A stretch of DNA of 64,000 nt, from the NCBI GenBank assembly GCA_919902105.1, contig CAKKQO010000035.1:67547-131546 (forward strand). The letters are read 5' to 3'. The translations under genes and the position numbers were made by a program. Every line of letters starts with the position of its first letter. The stretch's first letter is position 1. This document shows, piece after piece, positions 26,985 to 36,940 of the stretch. This DNA is from Omnitrophica bacterium GWA2_41_15 (GTDB lineage: Bacteria > Omnitrophota > Gorgyraeia > Ghiorseimicrobiales > Ghiorseimicrobiaceae). The notes under the pieces were generated by a model. It made no database searches. It was given only the letters and a program-made list of their open reading frames with translations, and was not told the origin of the DNA.

Positions 26985-28019
26985 ATGTTTTTAAACCTGA
27001 TGGAAATTGCTTTAAGCACTTTTAGGTATAAATTATTTAAACATAGAACGCCGTTAGTTTTATCGATGAGTGTTACAAGCAGGTGTAATTTAAAGTGTGT
27101 ATATTGCTATTCCGCAGAAGATAACCTTAAGGCTAAAGATGTTCCTCTTGAAGATGTTACTTCCATAATAGACGAGTTTTACAAGTTAGGCACTAGAGTA
27201 ATTATGCTGCAGGGCGGAGAACCTTTAGTCCATAAAAATATCGTTGATATTGTCAATCACGTTAAATCTAAACAGATGTATTGCGCAGTCACCACTAATA
27301 GCGTCAATTTTGAGAGATATCTTGATGCTTTGATAAAGGTTGATCAAGTGCAATTAAGTATCGACGGAAACAGGGAAATAACCGATGGTTATAGGGGAAA
27401 AGGCGTATATGAGTCTGTTGTTTCTGCGGCAAGGCTATGCCATGAAAACAAAATTCCATTCCATTTGCACACAGTTGTAACAAATACTACGACGGAGGAA
27501 AATACTCTTAAGCCATTAAAGGAATTCGCGAATAAATATAGGACCTATCTTAATTTTTGCATGCCAGTACCTACCGGATCAGCCAGAGACAAGCATTTGG
27601 CGGATAATAAACAAATAATAGAGTTTTATAAATTAATCAAAAAAGGTAAAAAAGACGGTATGCCTACGAATAATTCTTATCATGGCATTGACAGTGTAAT
27701 TAAGTGGTGTGAAAAATATTCATATAATGACTTTATTTCTTCGGAAGATAAAGAGGAGTTGGCAAAATACCCGAAATGTATAATGGGTAATCTTGTTTGT
27801 TGGCTAGACTCAGCGGGAATGCTGCATCCCTGCGCCGTACATTTTGGCCAAAAAGATTTTTCCTACTCGATAAAAGAGTTCGGCGCGAAGGGAGCGTGGG
27901 AAAAATTAAAAAATGTTCCATGTCATTACTGTGGATGTTCGTCAGAGTTTAATAACCTGTTTAATTTAAAAATGGAACCGATCATAAACGCTCTTAAATT
28001 TGTATTGAAAAGGAAATAA
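26985..28019 (+). CDS. Radical SAM enzyme with a SPASM/twitch-like C-terminal Cys-rich domain (type I; paralog of 46475)
   Basis: SRCNLKCVYCY motif; GGEPLVHKNI; C-terminal KCIMGNLVCWLDSAGMLHPC...PCHYCGCS. Start taken at the ATG 26985 rather than the track GTG 26961. Confidence 0.8.
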   Translation: MFLNLMEIALSTFRYKLFKHRTPLVLSMSVTSRCNLKCVYCYSAEDNLKAKDVPLEDVTSIIDEFYKLGTRVIMLQGGEPLVHKNIVDIVNHVKSKQMYCAVTTNSVNFERYLDALIKVDQVQLSIDGNREITDGYRGKGVYESVVSAARLCHENKIPFHLHTVVTNTTTEENTLKPLKEFANKYRTYLNFCMPVPTGSARDKHLADNKQIIEFYKLIKKGKKDGMPTNNSYHGIDSVIKWCEKYSYNDFISSEDKEELAKYPKCIMGNLVCWLDSAGMLHPCAVHFGQKDFSYSIKEFGAKGAWEKLKNVPCHYCGCSSEFNNLFNLKMEPIINALKFVLKRK

Positions 28020-28025
28020 AGCGCA

Positions 28026-29090
28026 ATGTTACAGAAATTAAAACATTTTGCCTATCACACAAATGTCATTAAGCGGCGGTATAAATTGCTGCCCAAGATA
28101 CTTTCAGGTTATGCAAAAACTCTTCTGCTGAAAAAAAATGCGTTGCGAACCATTGAACTTGCTTTATTGGCGGAATGTAATTCTAAATGTGTAAGTTGTT
28201 ACGCGACAAAAATTAAAAAGGCGGATGATTCCTATCTAACTGTGGAAGAGTATCGGCGCATCTGGAAGGAGGCATCATCATTGGGGGCATTTTCGGTGAT
28301 TTTGTCTGGCGGTGAGCCTACTTTAAGGAAGGATATTTTTGATATTATTTCTGTAATGGATCCCCGGAATACTATTTTTGCCCTGGTAACTAATTCCCTT
28401 AACCTTAATGCCTCATATCTCGCTGATTTGAAAAAAGCAGGCGTAGAAACAATCCACTTTAGTTTGGATAGCACGGATGAAGCGGCTAACGACCAATTTA
28501 GAGGAACCCACGGACACTTCAAAAAAGTTATTGAGTCAATCCAAGAAGCTAAAAAGCTTAATATGGCTATCTGCCTTTCCACAATTATAATGCACAATGG
28601 CCTTGATAAAATGAAAGAGATGGTTCGGTTCGCAAAGGAATATCAGATTGGAATTGTGTTTTCATTAGCCTGTGTTTCAGGGAACTGGTCAACAGAAAAA
28701 GACGTTTTGTTAACAAATGAAGAATGGCGGGATGTTCAACGCTTTATGAAAGATAACCCGCATATCCGCTCAGACTGGACTATAAATTTTTCTATGAAGC
28801 AGGAATGCCCTGGGGGACGGGAAAAAGTCTCAATATCCTGCTATGGCGAAGTAACGGGCTGCGGAATGAATTTTGTCTCTTTTGGAAATGTAAGACAGGA
28901 ACCATTGAAAGTAATTTGGAAGAGAATGGGAAACTTCCCTGATTTCAAACGTAAAAGTCCCGACTGTTTAATTGGAGCAGACCTTCAATATATTGAAAGA
29001 TATATAAGGCCATTGTCGGGATTGGATGTGCCGATTAGTATAGATAAGCATCCGACAAACCCTATTTCTTTCAAAGAGTTAGAGAGATGA
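28026..29090 (+). CDS. Radical SAM enzyme with a Cys-rich C-terminal (SPASM/twitch-like) domain
   Basis: 354 aa. AECNSKCVSCY, SGGEPTLRKDI, C-terminal ECPGGREKVSISCYGEVTGCG...SPDC. Confidence 0.8.
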   Translation: MLQKLKHFAYHTNVIKRRYKLLPKILSGYAKTLLLKKNALRTIELALLAECNSKCVSCYATKIKKADDSYLTVEEYRRIWKEASSLGAFSVILSGGEPTLRKDIFDIISVMDPRNTIFALVTNSLNLNASYLADLKKAGVETIHFSLDSTDEAANDQFRGTHGHFKKVIESIQEAKKLNMAICLSTIIMHNGLDKMKEMVRFAKEYQIGIVFSLACVSGNWSTEKDVLLTNEEWRDVQRFMKDNPHIRSDWTINFSMKQECPGGREKVSISCYGEVTGCGMNFVSFGNVRQEPLKVIWKRMGNFPDFKRKSPDCLIGADLQYIERYIRPLSGLDVPISIDKHPTNPISFKELER

Positions 29091-30595
29091 ATAATCAGTT
29101 TGAAATAATAATGATTCAACCCAAAACGTCTTTGACAGGCTCGGTTATTAAGATGCTGCCTATAGGGTTACTTTACGCTTCATATAAGGTTGTCAAGTCC
29201 GGTTTTACCGTCCATATTTTTGACGCGAGAATTAAACCGCATAGATGGGAAAAAGACCTAAGGGAGTTGATTAATGCCAAGACATTGATCGTCGGCCTTA
29301 CGGTAATGAGCGGGGTATCGGTGGAAGAAAGCATAAAAATATCGCGATACATAAAAACTAAATGGCCGAGCATTAAAGTTGTATGGGGCGGGCCGCATCC
29401 TACTTTCAGCCCGAATGATGTCTTGAGTGAAAATTCGGTTGATTATTCAATCAGCGGCTATGGGTCTGAATCTTTTTTTGAACTGGTTTGTAATATCGCG
29501 GTGATACAAGATGCGCCGGATTTAAAAAAAATAAACGGACTATCCTGGAAAGATAAAGGAAAAATAATTACCAATACTCAATCTTTCGATTTTGAATTTT
29601 TATATTATAAAGATATACCCTATCATCTAATAAAAAACTTTTCCGATTATAAATACGTTGATACCAATGAAAGGATTTTTCCTATGTATAGCGTAATGGG
29701 CTGTCCTTATAAATGCACTTTTTGTAGTTCGCCGGCCCAGTATGCCAGTCTTAAGAAAAAATGGATGCCGTATTCCGTTTCGGATGTTATAGAACACATC
29801 AAAATGGTTAAGGAGGAACATGGAGCGACTTTTATTTATTTCATAGATGACGATTCCTTTGTTGACTTAAAACACGTTGAAAATATCATTGATGAGATCA
29901 ATAGGCTTAAAATTAAAATTAAATTAGGTTTTAGGGGGGCGCGCATCAATGAAGTCGCAAAAATGAGCGATGATTTTATTAAAAAAATTGCCGACGCCGG
30001 GACTAATAACATGCATATCGGGATAGAGTCGGGCTCGGATCGTATTTTATCGCTAATTAAGAAAAATACGACAACTAAGCAAATCTTAGAAGTTAATAGA
30101 AAACTCGCGCGGCATAAAAATATTAAAGTATTCTATAATTTTATCGTCGGTTTTCCCACCGAAACAATAGAGGAAACAAAAATGACAAGAGATTTAATAT
30201 TGCGCCTTATAGAAGAAAATCCGTCATGCTTTGTCATCCCGCTGAATAAACCGAGGCCGCTGCCCAATACGGAATTATTTGATTTGGCGGTTAATTATGG
30301 TTATAAGCCTCCAAAAACACTTAAGGATTGGGGTAAATATGATGTGGAGTCTTCTGACTATAATCCTGTTTGGCTGTCGGACGCACATAACAAATTTATC
30401 AGGATGATGTTTCTTTGTATGTATTTTATAGACGATAAAATTATACGGATTTCAGAAGGAAACAGCCTTCGATTTATCTTTATGAGAATATTGTCTTTTT
30501 TTTATAAGCCGATTGCTGTTTTTCGTTTTAAAAGAGGATTTTATCGGTTTCTTCTTGAGGACAAAGCTTATAGTTTTTTGAAATCAATCGTTTAG
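29087..30595 (+). CDS. Cobalamin-binding-domain (class B) radical SAM enzyme #2
   Basis: 502 aa. VGLTVMSG...VWGGPHPT...ISGYGSESF, then MGCPYKCTFCSS. The C-terminal LKDW region is shared with 20208. Confidence 0.85.
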   Translation: MNNQFEIIMIQPKTSLTGSVIKMLPIGLLYASYKVVKSGFTVHIFDARIKPHRWEKDLRELINAKTLIVGLTVMSGVSVEESIKISRYIKTKWPSIKVVWGGPHPTFSPNDVLSENSVDYSISGYGSESFFELVCNIAVIQDAPDLKKINGLSWKDKGKIITNTQSFDFEFLYYKDIPYHLIKNFSDYKYVDTNERIFPMYSVMGCPYKCTFCSSPAQYASLKKKWMPYSVSDVIEHIKMVKEEHGATFIYFIDDDSFVDLKHVENIIDEINRLKIKIKLGFRGARINEVAKMSDDFIKKIADAGTNNMHIGIESGSDRILSLIKKNTTTKQILEVNRKLARHKNIKVFYNFIVGFPTETIEETKMTRDLILRLIEENPSCFVIPLNKPRPLPNTELFDLAVNYGYKPPKTLKDWGKYDVESSDYNPVWLSDAHNKFIRMMFLCMYFIDDKIIRISEGNSLRFIFMRILSFFYKPIAVFRFKRGFYRFLLEDKAYSFLKSIV

Positions 30596-30623
30596 AGAAT
30601 AGAGTAGAAAGGAAGCATAAACA

Positions 30624-31829
30624 ATGAAATTGTCTTTTATGAGGGATATTGATGATAACCTCGGAGTAGTTATCTGCAAATTCTTATGGTTGATAGTAAA
30701 AATAAAAGGCCTTTTTATTCCTTCTCGGAGAGATGCCGATCCTCGCGCGGTTAAGATGATTCTTTGCCAGAAATATTTTGGCATGGGAACTATTCTCCAT
30801 GCCATACCATTGATAAAGGGATTGAGAAATCATTATCCTAACGCTAAAATCATATTTATGACGCTCAAAGAGCAAGAGAGTGTTGTAAGGGTATGCAATC
30901 TGGCAGATGAAGTTTTAACCATCCGGTTAAATAATATTTTTATATTTATTAAGGATGTAATAACCAATCTCTCCTATCTCGTAAGGATGAATATTGATAT
31001 ATCAATTGACCTTGAGTTTTTTTCCAAGTTCAGCATGATTATCTCTCTATTGAGCATGGCTGATATAAGAGTCGGCCTTCACCAGAAAAGGATACGCCCC
31101 GGTGGCATTATGACGCACAATGTTTACTATAATCATTATAAGCATATTAAGGATATTTATTTTGCGTTTAATACGGTTCTTGGCATAAGCTATGATAAAA
31201 AATATTTTGAATCTACTCTATCGTCTTTTAAAAAATTATATGAAAATAAATTGAGGGAAAGATTTGGCTTAAATGGCGCTACTCCAATTATCGCTATTAA
31301 TGTGAACGCGAGCGACCTTTTTAAATTCAGATGTTGGCCCGCGGAGAACTTTATTGAAATGATCCAACTTTTGTTAAGGCATTACCCCCAAAATTACTAT
31401 ATTCTTATCGGCGGTAAGCATGATTATGAATACGTGCAAGGGGTATACGATAAAATAGAAAATAAAGACGGGCATTTAATTAACTGCGCAGGACAAACAA
31501 ACATAGAAGAACTTTTTGCGCTGATTGAGATGTCAATGTTGGTGATTTCTAATGACAGCGGGCCTATGCATATCGCCTCCCTCTACAATGTCAATCTTGC
31601 GGCTTTTTTTGGCCCAGAGACCCCAGTTGTATTTGGTCCTATTAACAAAAATTCTGTTGTATTTTATTCAAAAGACTTATACTGTTCTCCTTGTCTTTGT
31701 GTTTACGATAGCAAAAAATCATTATATGGCGAAGAATGTTATGAAAATAGCTGTTTGACAAATATTAAGCCAAAAGAAGTTTTTGAAAAAGTTGAAGAAA
31801 GTTTTTTGAAACCCATAAGGAAAACATAA
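30624..31829 (+). CDS. Glycosyltransferase family 9 (heptosyltransferase-like)
   Basis: 401 aa. VISNDSGPMHIASLYNVNLAAFFGPETP is the characteristic GT9 C-terminal motif. Confidence 0.75.
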   Translation: MKLSFMRDIDDNLGVVICKFLWLIVKIKGLFIPSRRDADPRAVKMILCQKYFGMGTILHAIPLIKGLRNHYPNAKIIFMTLKEQESVVRVCNLADEVLTIRLNNIFIFIKDVITNLSYLVRMNIDISIDLEFFSKFSMIISLLSMADIRVGLHQKRIRPGGIMTHNVYYNHYKHIKDIYFAFNTVLGISYDKKYFESTLSSFKKLYENKLRERFGLNGATPIIAINVNASDLFKFRCWPAENFIEMIQLLLRHYPQNYYILIGGKHDYEYVQGVYDKIENKDGHLINCAGQTNIEELFALIEMSMLVISNDSGPMHIASLYNVNLAAFFGPETPVVFGPINKNSVVFYSKDLYCSPCLCVYDSKKSLYGEECYENSCLTNIKPKEVFEKVEESFLKPIRKT

Positions 31830-31841
31830 CATATTAACCCT

Positions 31842-33413
31842 ATGAAGATTTACGCGATTAGCATGGATAGGCATGTAATTGCCATTGGCCTTAGGAGAAT
31901 TGTAGCCAGCGCTAAAAAGGCGGGATATAATGTCAAGTCAGTATATTTTCTTGATGACGCCTGGGGCCCTTCGCAATCCGGGTTTTGGTTAAAACAAAAA
32001 ACAGGGGCAGAGTTTGCCGTAAATTATGCCCATAATGAAGAGGCGATATTACGTTTCGCTGAAATTATTTCAGACGCGGGTGTTTTGGCTTTTTCTCTTA
32101 TGAGCGCTCAGCGCGATATCGCTAAAAAAATTTGTGAAAAAGTTAAAAGTATTAACTCGAAAGTCAAAATTATTATTGGAGGCTATCATCCAACCACAGT
32201 GCCGGAGGACGCTATTTCTTTCGCGGATGTTATTTGTCAGGGTGAAGGGGAAAAAACTTTTGTGGAATTTCTTAGAAGAACAGAAGAGGGGCAGGCCTAT
32301 ATTGGATTGCCGAATACCTGGGTTAATGAAAATGGAAATATCCTGAAGAATCAGAGAAGCCCGGTAATGACGCCAGAAGAAATGGAGTCTATGCCTTTTA
32401 TGGAATATGGGCTTGACGAGCAGTATTTTTTTAGTTATGCCCACGGCGTTTTAATCCCTATCAGTCAACGCGATTTAATCCGGCATGTGGGCACAACTTA
32501 TAGCACGATCTGGACAGTCGGATGCCCGCATATATGCTCTTTTTGTTCGAATGATATGTTTATCGGCCTCGATAAGGGGTATGCGAAATACCGCGGCCCG
32601 TCACCAAGCTATATTATTTCCGAGATTAAGAATGTAATGGGTAAATTCCCATTGGACTATATTGTTTTTTGCGACAGCGATTTTATTGGAAGGAGCTTGG
32701 AGGATATAACGGAATTTTCAGAAAAGTTTAGGACAGAAATCGGTCTCAAGTTCAAAATAAACGGCATGAACCCCGTCTCGGTCTCGGAAGATAAAATTAA
32801 AGTGCTTATAGAAGGAGGGTTAGTGAGAGCTAATATGGGTTTTGAGTCGGGGAGCCGCCAAACATTGAAATTATATAAAAGAGCCGGAGGCATTGAGGGG
32901 TTAAAAAAAGCCTGTGAAATTTTATCTAAATTTAAAGGAAAAATGGTGCCGACTTGTTATGAGATAATTACGGATAACCCTTTTGAAGATAAAGAGCATC
33001 TTTATGAAACAATTGATTTTCTTGATAGCATCACGGGCCCATTTACTATCAGTTTATTTTCTCTTTGTTTGATGCCCGGGACAGCGCTGTCCAGAAACAT
33101 TAAGGACGAAAAATTATTAGAGGAGCATATTGTTAAAGAATACCTTTTTTCGTATAGGCCGACTGCGATTAATATTTTGATCAGTATTTTTGCCGTATTT
33201 AAACCGCCGCATTATATTGTCAAGCTGTTAAAAAGAATGATTAAAGGCAGAGAAAAGATTCCCCATCCTTTGATTAAAAACATTTTTTATAAGTTACATG
33301 TATTGCGAAGGGCTATAGATCAAATTTGGTATAGAGATTTCAGCACTTTTCCATATTGGGTAATGGTGCTGTATTATCGCCTTAAACGATTTTCTATTGC
33401 CTCGAGAAAATAG
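31842..33413 (+). CDS. Cobalamin-binding-domain (class B) radical SAM enzyme #3
   Basis: 523 aa. IIIGGYHPTT...ICQGEGEKT, then VGCPHICSFCSN. Confidence 0.8.
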   Translation: MKIYAISMDRHVIAIGLRRIVASAKKAGYNVKSVYFLDDAWGPSQSGFWLKQKTGAEFAVNYAHNEEAILRFAEIISDAGVLAFSLMSAQRDIAKKICEKVKSINSKVKIIIGGYHPTTVPEDAISFADVICQGEGEKTFVEFLRRTEEGQAYIGLPNTWVNENGNILKNQRSPVMTPEEMESMPFMEYGLDEQYFFSYAHGVLIPISQRDLIRHVGTTYSTIWTVGCPHICSFCSNDMFIGLDKGYAKYRGPSPSYIISEIKNVMGKFPLDYIVFCDSDFIGRSLEDITEFSEKFRTEIGLKFKINGMNPVSVSEDKIKVLIEGGLVRANMGFESGSRQTLKLYKRAGGIEGLKKACEILSKFKGKMVPTCYEIITDNPFEDKEHLYETIDFLDSITGPFTISLFSLCLMPGTALSRNIKDEKLLEEHIVKEYLFSYRPTAINILISIFAVFKPPHYIVKLLKRMIKGREKIPHPLIKNIFYKLHVLRRAIDQIWYRDFSTFPYWVMVLYYRLKRFSIASRK

Positions 33414-33456
33414 TTAATTTTTATTTCGTGAAAGCTTTGATAAACCGATAAAAAAT

Positions 33457-34887
33457 ATGGATCCAAAAGTACTATTATGCCAGTTTGACAACTTAGAGTT
33501 TTACTCTTATATGATATTATCGGCAAAATTAATAGAAAAAGGAGTGAAGCATAATGTGGAAATAATAGAAGACGACGTTTTTTTTCTTAATAAATTATCA
33601 GGGGTATATGACGATTATAAAATAATAGGTTTTTATACCTGTAATACCGATTATATAAGAATTATGTCTCTTATTGATAAAATTAAAAAACTATTTAGTG
33701 ATAGAGTAGTAATTTTAGGCGGGCCCCATCCAACGATTAATTACGAAAAGATTAATTTTGATTTGGTTGATTTTATTTGCGTCGGGGATGGGGAGTTTCA
33801 TTTTGGCGAGTGGGTAAAAAGCGGAAATTATATGGAAAAACGAAATTACTATAATATAGTATGCGATCTTTCTGAGCCTTTTGAGGCCGAATTTGCGCAG
33901 GACCTGAATAAAAGCCCGCTTCCGAATCGCGATATATATTACAGTAAATATCCTTTTTTACGCCATATGGGGATACGCAGGTTTTTGTTGTCAAGCGGCT
34001 GCCCTTTTAAGTGCACTTATTGTTATAATGAAACCTTTAGAAGCAAATTCAAAGATAGCTATTCAAAGGCAGTGTTGTTTAAGTCCCCCGCGAAAGCGGT
34101 GGAAGAGATTGAAGATACGTTGGAAAAATATCCGGCGAAAGCGGTTTCTTTTTCTGATGATAATTTCTGCATTAACCGAGAGTGGCTTTTTTCATTCTTA
34201 GACCTTTATTCTGAAAGAATCGGAAAACCATTTCATGCCGCGACTACTATTACGGCGCTCACAGACGAAGTAATTGAAAAATTAAGCCAAAGCAATTTAA
34301 AAACTATTCGTATAGCTATGGAAACAACCAATTCCAGGATACGGAACGAAATTTTACATCGTCCGAAATACACCAATGAGCAGTTTTCGAAAACCGTGGC
34401 GAAAATACGCAAAAAGAAAATTAAGGTAATAATATTAAATATGTTTTGTCTGCCTACCCAGACACTGCGGGATTGCGTGGATATATTCAATTTCGCCATT
34501 GATTACAATCTTATCATGTGCACAACTATCCTTGTTCCTTATAAAGGAACTGCGATGTATGATTATTGCCTGAAGAACGATCTTTTAATAGACCCATCTG
34601 GCAGGGAAGGCGATCTAAACAGTTCCTGGACGTCCCTAAAAGGAGTAGAAATGGAACGTATGGTAACAATGCAAAATTATACTTTTATTCTAAATTTCAC
34701 CAGATTTATGGTTCCGGTTATTCGATTTATGTCTAAATTTACCTGGTTTAGGGTTCTTTCTTTCAAACTAATATCTCCGGTTAATGTAATAGGCATGAAT
34801 TTCTATGCCTGGACAGGCTTGCTTAGTTTTAAAAAGTTGTTTGAACTTGGCATAAAAACCTTCAGAATTTATAAACGGAAAAAATAA
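33457..34887 (+). CDS. Cobalamin-binding-domain (class B) radical SAM enzyme #4
   Basis: 476 aa. VILGGPHPT...ICVGDGEFH, then SSGCPFKCTYCYN. Confidence 0.8.
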   Translation: MDPKVLLCQFDNLEFYSYMILSAKLIEKGVKHNVEIIEDDVFFLNKLSGVYDDYKIIGFYTCNTDYIRIMSLIDKIKKLFSDRVVILGGPHPTINYEKINFDLVDFICVGDGEFHFGEWVKSGNYMEKRNYYNIVCDLSEPFEAEFAQDLNKSPLPNRDIYYSKYPFLRHMGIRRFLLSSGCPFKCTYCYNETFRSKFKDSYSKAVLFKSPAKAVEEIEDTLEKYPAKAVSFSDDNFCINREWLFSFLDLYSERIGKPFHAATTITALTDEVIEKLSQSNLKTIRIAMETTNSRIRNEILHRPKYTNEQFSKTVAKIRKKKIKVIILNMFCLPTQTLRDCVDIFNFAIDYNLIMCTTILVPYKGTAMYDYCLKNDLLIDPSGREGDLNSSWTSLKGVEMERMVTMQNYTFILNFTRFMVPVIRFMSKFTWFRVLSFKLISPVNVIGMNFYAWTGLLSFKKLFELGIKTFRIYKRKK

Positions 34888-34936
34888 GTTTTTATGATTT
34901 TTTTTCAATAATTCTTTTCAGGGATAGGCAGTGATT

Positions 34937-35935
34937 ATGAAAGATGAAATTGTCCGTTGGTCAGACCAATCTTCTCCAAAGCTTAAGGCTGTAAATTTAG
35001 AGCTTACAGCCCATTGTAATTACAGGTGTGTTTTTTGTTTAAACCCAAGAGCCGAATTCAGGAAAAAGGGGAATATTTCAAATGAACTTATCGAAAAAAT
35101 ATTAAATGAATTGAGCGAAGATATACTTATTTATATCTGTGGAATAGGCGAGCCGTCTTTGCACCCCGACTTTATAAATATTATTAAACGATTATCCGGT
35201 AAGTTTAAAAGGATAAGATTGGTTACTAACGGCTCTCTTTTTAGAAACAATGAATTGATTAACGCCGTCCTCGATGCTAACATAGAAAAAATAACTCTTT
35301 CTTTGAACTATATCAATCCGGTTGATTATGAGAGGGTTCAGGGAGGAAATTTTGAAAAAGTTATAGGTTTTCTTAAAAAATTTGTAGAATTGAGGCGAGG
35401 CCATATTAATAAACCTTCCATCCAAATCAATTATTTGTATGAAAAATGGAAAAATGATTATTTGAGCGCGTATGAATACTTGAAAGGATTTATGGATGAT
35501 CCGTGGGAGATGTATATCCGAAAAATAAAAAATATAGCGGGGCAGATTCAGGTTGATGAAGAAAAAAATGAAGACGTCATTGATAATTTATTAAAGAGAG
35601 ATAATCATTTGGCTCTTGAAAACTGGAATAGATTCTTAAGCGGCACAAATTTTAGAACAGAAAATCCTCAAAATTGCCGTCATATTTATGATTATTACAG
35701 CCTGTTATGGAATGGCGATGCCCTCCCTTGCTGCGTTGATTATAATGGGGAGATGGTCCTTTGCAATGTTTTGTCTGAAAACTTGAATTTGACAGATACG
35801 TTTTACTCTGAAAAATTTGAATCCTTCAGGAGGAAAAGAGAAAAATTAAACTACAAGGAACTTCCATTATGTGAAAAATGCGGCGATTATTATAAATACA
35901 GCACAAGATTAAAAAATCAGAGCCAACAATATTAA
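34937..35935 (+). CDS. Radical SAM enzyme with SPASM-like C-terminal domain (type II; paralog of 51411)
   Basis: AHCNYRCVFCLN; C-terminal NCRHIYDYYSLLWNGDALPCCVDYNGEMVLCN...LCEKCGDYY. The ATG at 34937 is preferred over the track GTG at 34931. Confidence 0.8.
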   Translation: MKDEIVRWSDQSSPKLKAVNLELTAHCNYRCVFCLNPRAEFRKKGNISNELIEKILNELSEDILIYICGIGEPSLHPDFINIIKRLSGKFKRIRLVTNGSLFRNNELINAVLDANIEKITLSLNYINPVDYERVQGGNFEKVIGFLKKFVELRRGHINKPSIQINYLYEKWKNDYLSAYEYLKGFMDDPWEMYIRKIKNIAGQIQVDEEKNEDVIDNLLKRDNHLALENWNRFLSGTNFRTENPQNCRHIYDYYSLLWNGDALPCCVDYNGEMVLCNVLSENLNLTDTFYSEKFESFRRKREKLNYKELPLCEKCGDYYKYSTRLKNQSQQY

Positions 35936-35941
35936 AATGAT

Positions 35942-36940
35942 ATGGCCGATATAGCCTTAGAAGTATTAAATGATAATGAGGAAAGCAGCGAGTTGAATGA
36001 ATTTATTGAACAATCTCTTAATGGAACAATTTTTCACCATCCTAAATTTTTATCTTATCATGGAGAGGAAAAATTTTCTAAGAATGTTTATGCGATTAAT
36101 CATTTCCTTTTTCGGAAGAAAAGCAAAATAATCGCCTTTCTGCCGGGCATTATTTATAAAAGCGAGAAAGGATTGCAGTTTAATTCTCCCTATGGAGCGT
36201 CTTTTGGAGGTTTTGTTTCAAATGAGATTAGCTTCGAGGCGTGTGATGAAATTATGAATATGACTCTGAAATATCTTTTAAGCGAAAGAGGTATGGCGGA
36301 AATCAATATAGTTCCCGTGACAAGTATTTATCATGCCAATATGGTTAATGATTATTTTGAGTTTCTTTATCTAAGCAGAGGGTTTCGGCTTAGGGATAGT
36401 GAATTGACTATTGTTGTACGAGTATCCCAGGATGATGATTATCCGCTAAGTAGTTATGAGCATAGAGTAAAGAAATTTATTAAGCAAGGCGAAAGAAACG
36501 GCATTAATTTTAAAATATGCGATGATATTGATACCGCTTATGAAATAATTGAAAGCAACAGAGTAAGGTTTTCCAAGAAACCTACTCATACCCTTGAGGA
36601 ATTAAAGGCTATCTCAAGATTATTTCCAGGCCGTCTTTTGCAATTTATCGCATTTAAAGACGAGCTTCCCATAGCCGTTTGTTGTTTATTATTATGCAAT
36701 GATTTTGTGGCATATTCTTTTTATATCGATCAGATGGGAACTCATTCCGCGCTAAGGCCGGTAAATTTTATCATAAATCAAGTGTTGATATGGCTAAAAG
36801 AGAATAATTACTCGTATCTTGATTTTGGCCCATCTACATTTGGATTAGAGCCTCATCGTTCTTTGATTTTCTTTAAGGAGGGTTTTGGAGGCAAGGGAAT
36901 AATTAAGCATTTTTATCAGTATAAAATAGAGAATTCATGA
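35942..36940 (+). CDS. FemAB/GNAT-like acyl- or aminoacyl-transferase
   Basis: 332 aa. Two-lobed layout and sequence (FHHPKFLSYHGE...; C-terminal LDFGPS...FKEGFGG) resemble FemAB-family/BioF2-like acetyltransferases. Pattern-level call only. Confidence 0.5.
   Translation: MADIALEVLNDNEESSELNEFIEQSLNGTIFHHPKFLSYHGEEKFSKNVYAINHFLFRKKSKIIAFLPGIIYKSEKGLQFNSPYGASFGGFVSNEISFEACDEIMNMTLKYLLSERGMAEINIVPVTSIYHANMVNDYFEFLYLSRGFRLRDSELTIVVRVSQDDDYPLSSYEHRVKKFIKQGERNGINFKICDDIDTAYEIIESNRVRFSKKPTHTLEELKAISRLFPGRLLQFIAFKDELPIAVCCLLLCNDFVAYSFYIDQMGTHSALRPVNFIINQVLIWLKENNYSYLDFGPSTFGLEPHRSLIFFKEGFGGKGIIKHFYQYKIENS

Noticed and set aside
26985-35935. Interpretation of the SPASM/B12 radical SAM genes as a RiPP (peptide natural product) cluster
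   Set aside because: There is no plausible precursor-peptide gene, no protease, and no RiPP recognition-element protein or ABC exporter. All neighbours are glycosyltransferases, sugar-modifying enzymes and a flippase. Intergenic gaps are too short for hidden precursor genes.
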